Shown here one piece after another: positions 1 through 10,429 of a DNA stretch of 35,805 bases; the first letter of the stretch is position 1, and every line of letters starts with the position of its first letter. Both the position numbers and the translations under genes were made by a program. Source of the stretch: Guillardia theta CCMP2712 (Eukaryota > Protista > Cryptophyta). The notes under the pieces are model-generated. The model saw nothing but the letters and a program-made list of their open reading frames with translations. It was not told the DNA's origin and made no database searches. The stretch covers positions 1 to 35,805 of the forward strand of contig NW_005434399.1 in assembly GCF_000315625.1 (NCBI RefSeq). The letters are read 5' to 3'.

Positions 1-140
1 GTGATGGTGGTGGTGGTGGTGGTGGTGATGATGATGATGGAGATGGAGATGGAGATGGAGATGGAGATGATGATGGAGATGATGATGATGATGATGGAGA
101 TGATGATGATGATGGAGATGATGATGCGGAGGAGGAGGAG
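1..140. repeat. Compound microsatellite (GTG/ATG/ATGGAG)
   Basis: Directly visible. Confidence 0.95.
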
Positions 141-176
141 TACAGAGAAACAGCTTTTAATAAGAGACCTATCATA

Positions 177-3100
177 CTACCAGAAGAGAGGGTAATGGCG
201 GTTGGGAGACATGTTGTTGACTATGAGCGCTATGACAACCATGAGGGAGCTGCCGACCAGCGAGGGCATGACAATGAAGAACCATCCCAAGTCCTTGATC
301 GCTTGGTTCCCTGGGCATCACGCTAAGTTCGGCATCTCTGCGTTGCTCTCTCCAGCCCCCTCCATCCCGCGCCCACAAGGTTCTCTCCTCGTCCTCGTCC
401 TCGAGGACCTCCTGCCTCGTGCCTCGTGCCTCGTGCCTCGTGCCTCGTGCCTCGTGCCTCCTGCCTCTGACCTGCTCCTCTCCTCCCCCTCGTCTCCTCC
501 TCGCTCTGTCATGCTCCCCTCTCTCTTACCTAGCTGGTAGCTGATCGCACATGCGACGGCCGGAGGGTTCAGACATCCAGCAAGCGCCATGATGCTGATG
601 GCAAGAGCAGGGACGAGAGCTTGCGCTACCCACTGCCAAGACGTCAGAAGGAAGAAGGAGGAGAACAGGATCAGATATGGAGCGCAAAAAGGAAAGGCAG
701 GTTGAGGAGTGGGACCAGAGCAGGATGAAAACGCAATCGGATTGAGGACGATGATGATGATGATGAGGAGGAGGAGGAGAAGGAGCAGGAGGTGGAGGAG
801 GAGGAGGAGGAGGAGGAGGAGGAGGGTCACGGCCCTCGTCTTCTCTCACCTGGGGGATGAAAGCTCCCATCTTGTCCTGCCCATCAGTGACGGTGATATG
901 GTCGATGGCGATTGCGATGGCTGGAGCCATGATATGCCCGAGAAGAATCATCCTCGGCTGTAGGGCACTTTCTTTCAGTTCACCCTCCTCCTCCCTGCCA
1001 ACCCACCTGCGCGAAGGGAGAAGCGGGAGCAGCGTACAGCATGGTAGCCAAGGCTCCGTGAGATCCGAGCATAAGAATCTGTGGAGGAGGAGGAGGAGGA
1101 GGAGGAGGAGGAGTTAGCAGAAATCCTATCAGAATGCGGACGAAGTAATAGGGGGGAGAAGAGGAGCGGTAGGGTTGTAGAAGAATAGGGGCAAAGATGG
1201 GAGCAATAGAGCGAGAGGAAACGGGGAAAGAAGGGACGGAGGAAGGGAGGAGGAGCAAGGAAGGGAGGGGATGGGACGGAAGAAGGAAGGTGGGGAGGAA
1301 CGGAAAGAGGAACGGAGGGAGCGAGGGTGGAAGGAAGGAAGGAAGAGGTAGGGCGGGCAGACCATGTGCTGGTTCTGATCCATGTAGAAGAGATAGTAAT
1401 GTATGCTTGAGGGAATGAGGATGCCGATGATAACACCGACGAAAGTCACCGCAGCAGACCTGAGGAGGAACGTAAGGAAGATCAGGAGGAGGAGCGGAGG
1501 GGGAGAAAGTAGGAAGGACAGGGAGAGGAGGAAGAAGTAAGCGACAAGAAAGGAGGAAGGGGATGAGGAGGAAGCGAGGAGCGTTTACGTGAGGTCCGCT
1601 CGAGGAGGAGGTTTTGCATGTTGTCCTTTCCACTTTACAAAGTACTGATGCGTCCAAAGCAAACACTTGCGGCTGCACACAAAATCTTTCAGAAACCAGG
1701 AGGAGCAAGGAAGGAGGAGGGAGAAGAGGAGGATAGATGGATGGATACATAGATGGATAGATGGAGCAAGGATGGAGGAGGAGGGAGAGGAGCAGGAGCA
1801 GGAGCAGGAGGAAGAGGAGGAGGACACTCGTTAAAACGAGGAGGAGGAGGAGGAGGAGGAGGTGGTGGTGGTGGTGGTGGTGGAGGAGGAGGAGCAGGAG
1901 CAGAAGGAGGAGGAGGTGGTGGTGGTGGTAAGGAGGAGGAGCAGCAGCAGGTGGAGGTGGTGGTGGAGGAGGAGCAGCAGGAGAAACCTGAAGGATAGGT
2001 TGCTGTCGGGTTTGGGGGAAAGTTGCGATCCCGCAGTCTTGATCCAACCCAACATAACAAGGATCCTCACTTTCTTCCACAGCTTCCTCGCTCTCTGACA
2101 ATTCTATTGTGAGTCCCCTCCCTCTCCCTCTCCCTCTCCCTCTCTCTCCCCCTCCCCTTACCCCCCCCCTCCTCCTCCTACCACGCTTGCATCGTCCTTC
2201 AATCGTCTTGAAATCTCGCAGTTTTCTGCAATGACCTTATCCATCTCCATCGCTAACCCCAGCAGCCTGCAAGACTGAGAGACATTAACGTCAGTCACCT
2301 TGTACGCTCTACCATGCGATTGTAAATACTCTCAACAACCGCCTTAGCTCCACCTCTGCTCTCATTCGGAAAGTTCCATCCTCCTCCCTCCTCCTCCTCA
2401 CTTCTCTGTTCTTCTCCCCCTCCCTTGTCTTCATCTCATCACTTGTACAATCCTCTTACATGCTCCAAAAAATTGAACGTAGCATCAGTCGCAGACGCGT
2501 CGCGCGACTTCAGACGATCCGCTATCATCGTGCCGTACGGGAGGTAAAGACAGACGACAGCAACAACCTTGGCGGAGGTTGAACCGTCATGTACCTGAGA
2601 GACAAACTGAGCTCAAGGCTGTTAAACAAGAGCACAAGGCTGAAACAACCATTGCCTTCCCTATTCCCCTCCCTCCCTCCCTCCCTCCCTCCCTCCCTCC
2701 CTCCCTCCCTTCCTTCCGCATCTCTCCCTCCCTTTCCCCTCCTTCCCCACCAGGAGAGCACAGGCGGAGTGGAAGAGCCGATGAGACTGCACGTATCTCT
2801 CCTCCCGCTGGATCTCTGGGTTGTCCACCATCTCCTGCAGCACTCGGAACTCCCGAGACCCTCTTTGCAACGCCATCCCCTCCACTCCCTCCCCGACTCT
2901 TAGCCGGGTTGACCTGTGCAGCTCTTGCAGCTTCTCGAACCCCTGGACGTCGAGCCTCGTGAGTCAGCACGGGCCCACAACGTGCCCAACCACTCACCTG
3001 CTTCGCACAGCTCTGCGACTGCCTGTCCTGAGGGTTGAGGTCGAAGAAGGATGGCTGGATGTAGTGCTCTCCTTCGTACACCAGGTGGGTTCCCAACTCC

Positions 3101-4506
3101 ATCCCGCTGTCCTCCGACAGCTCACCGTTGTTCGCATGCCACAGCTCCGCCAACACGAACTCTGTGCACTCGCACAAGTTTTTCAACACTCCCATCACCT
3201 GCCTCAGTCCTTCCCTCGCCATCAGCTCCGCCCTTCTGTCCAGCATGTACTTTTCAGCCAGCTCGCGGTTCAACGATTCTGCCCTCCTGATCTTCCCCTC
3301 CATCTCATCGACCCGCTTCTCCATCGAGAAGTACTTGAAGAACATCAGCTCTACCTTCAACTCCGCCTCCTCCCCGTTGGCCCCCAGCACGACCTTCCCC
3401 TGCTTACTCTTAATCTTATACGTCATGACATTTCGCTTCCCGCAGAGTCCGTTGAACACCGCCGATAGCTCAGCCTCGTCGAGAGCCACGTACCCGATGA
3501 TCTCAGGACTGCCGATCCTGTCATGATCGAAGACCGATATGAGGAGCTTGCCAGGGTCCAACGTGTTGTCGACCAAGTATGAGAAGGACTCGTTCCACTC
3601 AGGGAAGTACGACCTCGGCCTGACCGACGTCTCCTTGGTCGACCCCTGGAACACTATGGTGCAGAAACCATCGCAGGTCCCGAACGCGTCCATCTTGGGT
3701 AGGTTCCGTGCGGACATGATCATGATCTCAAGCTTTCCGCGGCACTTCTCTTCCTCACCCGCCCCCAGCGGCTCCCCGTCCACCCCATCCCCTGCTCCTT
3801 CATGGCTTGACCTGGTTTCCTCGGACTGGTGCCGCAGGTCCCCTGTGGGAGCATCTTCGTCCGTGGGATCATCAAGGCTGGCTCGAGACAGGAGCACGGG
3901 AAGTTTCGCAGGCGAGTCATCAGGAACTGAAGGAGTTCGCCCGAAGCGATGCCGGACCTTGTGAGACTTGCGCGACTTGAGCTTCTTCGGGTCTTGTACC
4001 ATCATTCCGCTCCCATCATGGTGGAGGTGCGGGAAGCCTTCCGAGGTGTGAGGATGGGTTCGACGAGAACGGCCGGGATCCCCCTGATGATGATGACGAT
4101 AATGAACGCTAAGGCTGACATCGTTGCCAGACGTTGAAGTCGCCAGGCGGTTGGACGCCTGCGTCGAGTTGTCCGCTCCTCCGTGAATGGCAACCAGCAT
4201 CCTCCTCTGCCATTTCCTCTCATTTCTCACGAAGTCACACCCGGGCGACTTCTCTTCATGGAGCTTCATGGGGTCATCTCCCTCCCTCCAGGATCGCACC
4301 TCCACCATGCACGAGAAGCAAGTGACCGCGTCATCCTCCTCCCCTCCCCTCCTGTAAAAGCCTGCCTTGGCCAGCTGAAGGGGGTTGGGTGACACGTAAT
4401 GATGCGGCCAGTGCGAGAAGGTCTTGAGTCTCGATGACAGCGACATGTGTACTGTCTGTTCATGTCGGTCGTTGTTAGACACCGACCGATGGCCCTCGTT
4501 GACCAT
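177..4506 (-). CDS. Multidomain protein: BIR + C2 + coiled coil + GAF-like (NLP-type) + HPP-family membrane domain, about 892 aa, 12 exons
   Basis: In-frame GT-AG model: 4506-2998, 2942-2751, 2594-2460, 2342-2299 (boundaries ambiguous), 2266-2182, 2103-1988, 1672-1589, 1459-1363, 1078-1007, 957-850, 632-530, 310-177. BIR: RLKTFSHWP...LAKAGFY...CFSC-x16-H-x6-C. C2: MDAFGTCD...PEWNESF...VFDHD. HPP: GALATMLYAAPASPFAQPRMILLGH, LNPPA, NNMSPNRHYPLFW*. Confidence 0.8.
413..466. repeat. (TGCCTCG)n heptamer tandem repeat in an intron
   Basis: Directly visible. Confidence 0.9.
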
Positions 4507-5049
4507 GTCGAAGTTCCTCTCAAGACCACTGAGACTTGCTCAATCTCTTGGCTCTTCTGAAGTCGTCTCTTTTGCACAGAGTTATGTGCATGAACTGAGC
4601 AGGTGGAAAGACACTCCAACCAATGCCAGTCCCCTTGACGGCGCTTAGCCTGACAACGGCGTGCCAGAATGCAGGCTAGATGCTCAACTCAGTGACTCAC
4701 GGTGCTCTCGTTCACACCCGAGTCTCACTATCACCTCTTGACATTCACTTGCTCACTCCTCCTCCTCCTCCTCTCCCCCTCCCCTCAACGTCCGCCATGT
4801 CTGAATTTTTCACCGCCCTGTTCCTTGGTCATCATATTTATCCATCCACCCACCCACCCGGCTGCGAGCTCAAGTGCGTGCAACATATCTCGCTATAAAA
4901 TATTGTTCATGTCACAGAGATTGAATATATTATGACAATTAAACTATAACTCTCCCAGATGAAGGCAGATGAGATGACATAAAACTCTTGGTATTGTCAA
5001 TATTTTTCTATATGCTCAATTTGTACCCTTGACGGCTCCACTTCTGTGA

Positions 5050-5520
5050 ACCCTGGGTTGACTACCCAACCCCATGCTGTCAGACCTGGTTTCCGACTTC
5101 CACCCACCCACCCCCAAAAAATGAACCACTCAGTGAAGTGGAGTGCCGTTCACCCCACCCCATAAACATTCACGAACAACAGGTCAAGTTTACCCCTAGG
5201 CAGGCCCATGACCACCGGTGATACCCTACCCTAGTCCTCCAGTACCCCTTACTGTTTCCAAATTACGACATGACCCCTTGCTCCCGCCCGGTGGTGCGAC
5301 CATCAAATGGACCCACCCCATGTATTCCCTCGATACCACCCACCCCTGTGTTCCTGTTCATTCCCCCAGGTGCTCAACACGTCTTTCCTTTTCCCCCAGA
5401 TTTTCAGTTTGGCTGGGCAGTCCAACGGCCCGGGCCCGGCCCGAACGGTCCCCGGGCCCGGTATGGCCTACTCAGCCGCTGACTGTTTGACGGCCGGACA
5501 CACGGCCTGTCTTTGATTCC
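5050..5520. promoter_or_regulatory. ACCCC-rich tract plus CCGG/GGCC-rich element between RPS16 and the BIR-HPP gene
   Basis: Repeated CACCC/TACCC, then ggcccgggcccggcccg...ccccgggcccgg. Regulatory role inferred from position only. Confidence 0.45.
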
Positions 5521-5599
5521 TGTCCAAGCGGCTGGGTTTCGGTAACGAAAGAGTGTAGAAATTCTTTTGGAGATCTTTATTGAGCCAACAACAGAATGT

Positions 5600-6994
5600 C
5601 TATCGGTAAGATTTCTGGAAACGAGCGCGGGCACCACGACCACCAAACTTCTTGGGCTGTGATGACAAAACAAAGTGAGTACGAGACAACATGCAGTAAA
5701 GCTAGTGAACCTCGCAGCGACGAGGATCAGCGACGAGGAGGGAGCGGTCGAACTGAACAAGGGTATCCTTGATCTCTCTCTTGCTCTGCTCGTCAACATA
5801 CTTCTGGTGGAAGGCAACAATGGCCTTAGCGATGGCTTGTCGGATAGCTGCGAGCAAATCCAGTCACATCACTCACACCACGAGAGACGAGCTTCACCGT
5901 AGATCTGCGAGGTGTTACCACCTCCGCGGACCTTGACGCGGATGTCGACTTCCTTAAATTTGTCCGAACCAACCAAGAGGACGGGCTCCATCACCTTGCT
6001 GCGGAGGGAGTCCGGGAGCAAAAGGTGGACGGGATTTCCGTTCACCTTGAGAATCCCCTTGCCCCTCTTGCAGTGAGCGACAGCAATAGCATTTTTCTGG
6101 TCACAAATAATCAGAAATCGAACTGGAATGGTTCGTCATAAGCCCAAGCTACGTCATCAAGTACCCACGACCAAAGATGGATCTCTATCGCTCAGACAGA
6201 TCATTTTTGAAGAATGAATTCGAGCTCCGAAGAGCTAACACAAAAGCCAGTGCCAAAACAACTCCAGTGAATGGAACATGTTTCAACCATCGCAGATGAA
6301 CAACCAAGTGTTCACCGTGTGATTGCCATTCCAAGGGACAGGTAAGGTTTGACAGAACATACATCTCGAGAGGCAATCCCACAAATCAAACAAGAAGGTG
6401 GGATACGGGTAATTGGTCACCAAGTTCAAAATCATTGAAAGGTAATCACAAAGCACGGAGGTGTCAAGACAAGCCTCGAGGGCACACTCTGCCAGGCCAG
6501 GTGCCTCTCGAGCACATCTGCCATCTTCGCTATTTCTCCACGAAGTATTCAATCATCGGAGAATTGACGTGACAAACACGAAAAAATGAAGACGAACATC
6601 TCAACCAATGCAGTCTGTCGTGCTCAAACATAGAACCAAGGGTGAACAACACAAGATCACGAGGCATTCCTCACTCATCTCTCTTTCTCAATAAAAGCAC
6701 TTCATCCACTCAACAGTACAATGGGTAACAAACTCTATGAAATCAAAACACATGCACACCATTCCTCCTTTTTTTGAATGAATACACCACACAACCTATG
6801 ATTTTCCTCACAGTACCGTGGAGAACATGTTCATCATGACAACTTTCATATTCCTTTGAGCCATATCATCCTCTCTCCTCATGCGTCATCATCTTTGTGG
6901 TCATCACTTCATCCTCTCAACATCATCTCTCCATCACTCATCGTCTCACCTTCTTCCCAAAGGTCTGCACGCTGTCCTGGTTGTTACGCTGCAT
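5600..6994 (-). CDS. RPS16: 40S ribosomal protein S16 (uS9), 145 aa, 4 exons
   Basis: Exons 6994-6950, 6096-5898, 5847-5711, 5656-5600 translate to [21 protein letters not shown]...[24 protein letters not shown]...[31 protein letters not shown]. The ORF track misses this gene. Confidence 0.97.
6097..6949 (-). other. Long (853 nt), non-microsatellite, structured first intron of RPS16
   Basis: GT at 6949 and AG ending at 6097. Contains several inverted repeats (6502-6512 with 6365-6375 or 6475-6485; ATCCCAC/GTGGGAT; AGCTC-TTCG-GAGCT). Confidence 0.85.
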
Positions 6995-7039
6995 GCTGAT
7001 CGCCTGCCGCACGCGAGCTTGAGGGAAAAAAAAATCTCC

Positions 7040-8010
7040 TAGTATTTAGGGGGTAGGGTGGCTTCGCGTCCATGGGTAGGTAGTTATTACACCGGTACAT
7101 ATGACATATTTTGTAGGGGTATGAAGAAAACTTTTCTGATCATGTGAGGGTTAAGGGACTAGGGGTCCTTTTGCAATGTATCAGGGTACATGAGTGGAGT
7201 TGACGAGGTAGGGTCATCTTTTATCCGGTACTTGGCCCAGGAATTCTCAGGGACAAGCACCCGTCCATTCACATGTGGTCATAGAGTACCCCTTGCTAAT
7301 CCTCCCCTATCTCTGAGGCAGATCGACTGAAGTGCCGCACCGGGTCAACTTCCGCCAGGCCCGGCAGGCCCGGCCCGGTCGCGGCCCGGTCACCTTGCGA
7401 CTCAAAGACATTGACTGTACGGCATAATAATAATAATAGACATGTTCCCGAGTCACGGGCCGGGTCCTCCGGAAGCCCTGACGTGGGGGTAGGGGTGGTT
7501 TATACAGGATATTATGGTCAGCAAGCACGAGGGTGAAGGAAACAGGGGTAGGGTGGTCGGGTGTGCGTGCAATGCTCCAGGTGGGTCGGGGTAAAAAAGA
7601 GTCAAAGGGGAGGGTGGGTAATTCAAACTAGGGGTAGGGGGTGGCCTGATTGCTGGTAGTAAAAGATATGTGGTAATAATGATACAGAGCTCTACTATCC
7701 GTTTTTAGATCTCAAGCATGACCCTGGTACCCCTCCGTTAATCACCCCTACCCTATCCTATAAGGCATTTCTTTCCACATTAGTGAATTAAGAGCTAAAT
7801 TCTGGGGTGGGGTATCCACCCCTGCATTTCACAAAGTCCGTAACTCCAGATCTCTTCCCTTCGATCACCTTCGAGTACCCCCGAAAACAAATACATGGCT
7901 CTCACCCGTACCCCTCCTGTTACTCCACCGGTCACACCGAACCACCCACCCTTCCCAAGATCCCTTGTGCTTGTCTACCCCTCCCTCCGTCTAGTTTACT
8001 ACCCCACCCA
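7040..8010. promoter_or_regulatory. Divergent promoter region RPS16/POR with GGGGT and ACCCC tracts and a central CCGG-rich element
   Basis: G-skewed 7040-7300 and 7480-7680, CCGG-rich 7330-7480, C-skewed 7720-8010. Lies between head-to-head starts. Confidence 0.5.
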
Positions 8011-8267
8011 AGAACGGTTGTGCATGGTTGTATGCTGCTGCTTAGAGAAGGCTTGCGCGGAGGAGACGAGGGCGATGCAGCTTGGGATAGCTGAGAAGAA
8101 GAACGAGAAGAGAGCTTAACCCTAGTCTTTACTCCTTCTACCGCTCCTGCGTCTCTTCTTCTCTTGCCCTTGCCAGTGATTGTGGAGGAAACAGAGTTTT
8201 TTTTAACTTCGAGTTGTGCTTTGAGTAGTGCGCCCGCAGGGCAGCATCTTGTCTCCTCGATCCAAGC

Positions 8268-10344
8268 ATGATGATCTACAACAAGCCATTAAGCTCAGCT
8301 GCTTTCTTGGCTGGGGGGAGCCTTGCTATGGCTATGATCCTGTACATATTCCGGAAGAAGAGCAAGTCAGCTACCAGCCTAGCCACGTTCACTCTTGGCA
8401 AGGCAAAGCCTAAAACCAAGGTGATGAAAGGAGTAGTCGAACCTCCGAGCAGGACTGCTTCGAGTGAGCTGACCGGGCCCGTCATCTGGGTGCACTTCGG
8501 TAGTCAGACTGGAACAGCTGAGGAGTTTGCTAAGATCATAGTGAAGGAGGGCAGGAAGCAGAGGATGAACATGAAGCTGGTCGATCTTGAGAAGTTCGAC
8601 GCCTCTCGCTTCCCTGGTTCCTTCGGGATCTTTCTTGTCGCTACCTACGGGGAAGGAGAACCTACGGACAATGCGAAACAATTTTACCACTGGCTGCTGG
8701 AAAGGAGTGGGGGCAATTCCTGCTCGGGGATGCAGTATGCTGTCTTTGGGTTGGGAAACACGCAATATGAGCATTACAACGCTTTTGGAAAGCTGCTGGA
8801 CTCGACATTCGAGAGGGAGGGAGGGAAGAGAATGCTGAAACTCGGTCTAGGGGATGATGACAAGAACATCCGAGAGGATTTCGAAGACTGGGTGAAGAAA
8901 CTGTGGCCAGCCCTTTCAGAGCATCTAGGGCTGGAGCAATCAAGCCAACAGTGGATGGATGAGGGAGTCCAGTACAAGATGCAGGTGAAGGCTCATGGAT
9001 ACACGAAGCCTGCGACCAACGGTTGCAGCTTCCAGTCATCCAACGCGCTGGATGCCGTGCATGTGGAGACGCTGAGGGTGAGGGAGAACCGGGAGCTGAA
9101 CAAGGGAGGAGAACGATCTTGCCGCCACGTGGAGTTTGACATCTTGGCTCCCGCTGTGGGGTATGAGACCGGGGACCACCTAGCTATCTTCCCTGAAAAC
9201 GACATGAGCATGGTGAAGGCACTTGCGGCTCGGCTACAGGTGGATTTGTCCTTGTACATCACGGTGAAAGACTCGGATGGCTTTTCTCCCTTCCCATGCC
9301 CTTGTACAGTAGAGGAAGCCTTTGCAAGGTATCTTGACATCAACTCACTCCCGCGGAAGAGTTTCCTGGTGGCTCTTGCTGAGTTTGCACGTGACGGATC
9401 GGAAAGAGAGCGATTGTTGAAGCTAGCTTCAAAGGAGGGACAGGATTTGTATCACCAGTATGTTGTGTTGGAGACTCGCAATCTTCTGGATCTCTTGAAC
9501 GACTTTCCATCAGTGCAGCCTTCGCTGGAGTGCCTGGTGGAGCTGGTTCCTCGCCTGCAATCGCGGTACTACTCCATCTCTTCCTCCAATCTCGTGCATC
9601 CTCGGTGTGTCCACGTCACTGCAGTGGTCGTGGAGAAGAAATATCAAGACGGAAGGTCCTTCCATGGGGTCTGCACGAGCTACCTCAGGCGCCTGCACCA
9701 GGGAGACATCGTCCGAGCTCATCTGCGGAAGACAAACTTCAAGCTCCCAAGGGAGGTCTCGACCCCGGTGATCCTTGTCGGCGCGGGGACAGGGATCGCG
9801 CCATTGCGGGGGATGTGCCAGGAGTTGGAGCATAGGAAGCGCATGCTAGCTCCGATCGGCAAGAATCTGCTATTCTTTGGATGTCGTCGACCGACCGAGG
9901 ACTACTTGTACGAGGAGGAGATAGGAGGGTGGCTGGAGAACGGGACTCTCAGCCGTGTACATACAGCATTCAGCAGGAGCAACGACACGCTCGGTGGGGG
10001 CAAGGTATACGTCCAGCAGAGAGTGGATGAGAACGCAATCCAGCTTTTGTCCCTGCTGGATGCTGGTGCCTGCATCTACGTCTGTGGCAGGTCTGTGTGC
10101 GCATCCATCTCGTGCCCGAGGGCGCGTCTGACCTGATGCTCCAGCACGGCGATGGCGCGGGATGTGAAGCGCGTTCTTTGCCAGTCGCTGATCTTCTTGA
10201 GGAGGATGAAAGGTGAGGGAGACGGAGAGCTGCTGGAACGTCCCGCTCTCCCAGGTGACTCTGCGCGCAGGGAATGGAGCTGAGGCCTTCCTGGAAGACC
10301 TTGCGAAAGAGGGCAGATACCATCAAGACGTGTGGACTACATGA
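8268..10344 (+). CDS. POR: NADPH-cytochrome P450 reductase
   Basis: N-terminal TM anchor. FMN motifs GSQTGTAEEFA, ATYGEGEPTDNA, FGLGNTQYEHYN. FAD motif RYYSISS. NADPH motifs GAGTGIAP, FFGCR, KVYVQ, YVCG. Introns 10091-10144 and 10213-10270 give the C-terminus GRYHQDVWTT*. Confidence 0.95.
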
Positions 10345-10429
10345 ATGCTCCGCATGACTTACAGCAGTCTCCTGAGTCTCTCGGTGCCTCTCTCTTGACC
10401 GATCCGATCCCCACAGATGGCTGCCAGTC

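Noticed and set aside
1673-1987. Apparent non-canonical intron flanked by GGTTTCT direct repeats
   Set aside because: A canonical acceptor (tgtgtgcag, exon start 1672) restores the frame, so no unusual splicing is needed.
6830-6945. Cluster of C-box-like RTGATGA words, and a TGATGA...CTGA pair near 6110-6160, as C/D snoRNAs
   Set aside because: The first cluster looks like a degenerate ATG microsatellite with no nearby D box. The CTGA near the acceptor is better explained as the branch site, and no convincing rRNA guide is adjacent.
6097-6949. RNase P/MRP RNA in the RPS16 intron
   Set aside because: The partial GGAAAATC and GGGCTTA words do not form a complementary P4 helix.
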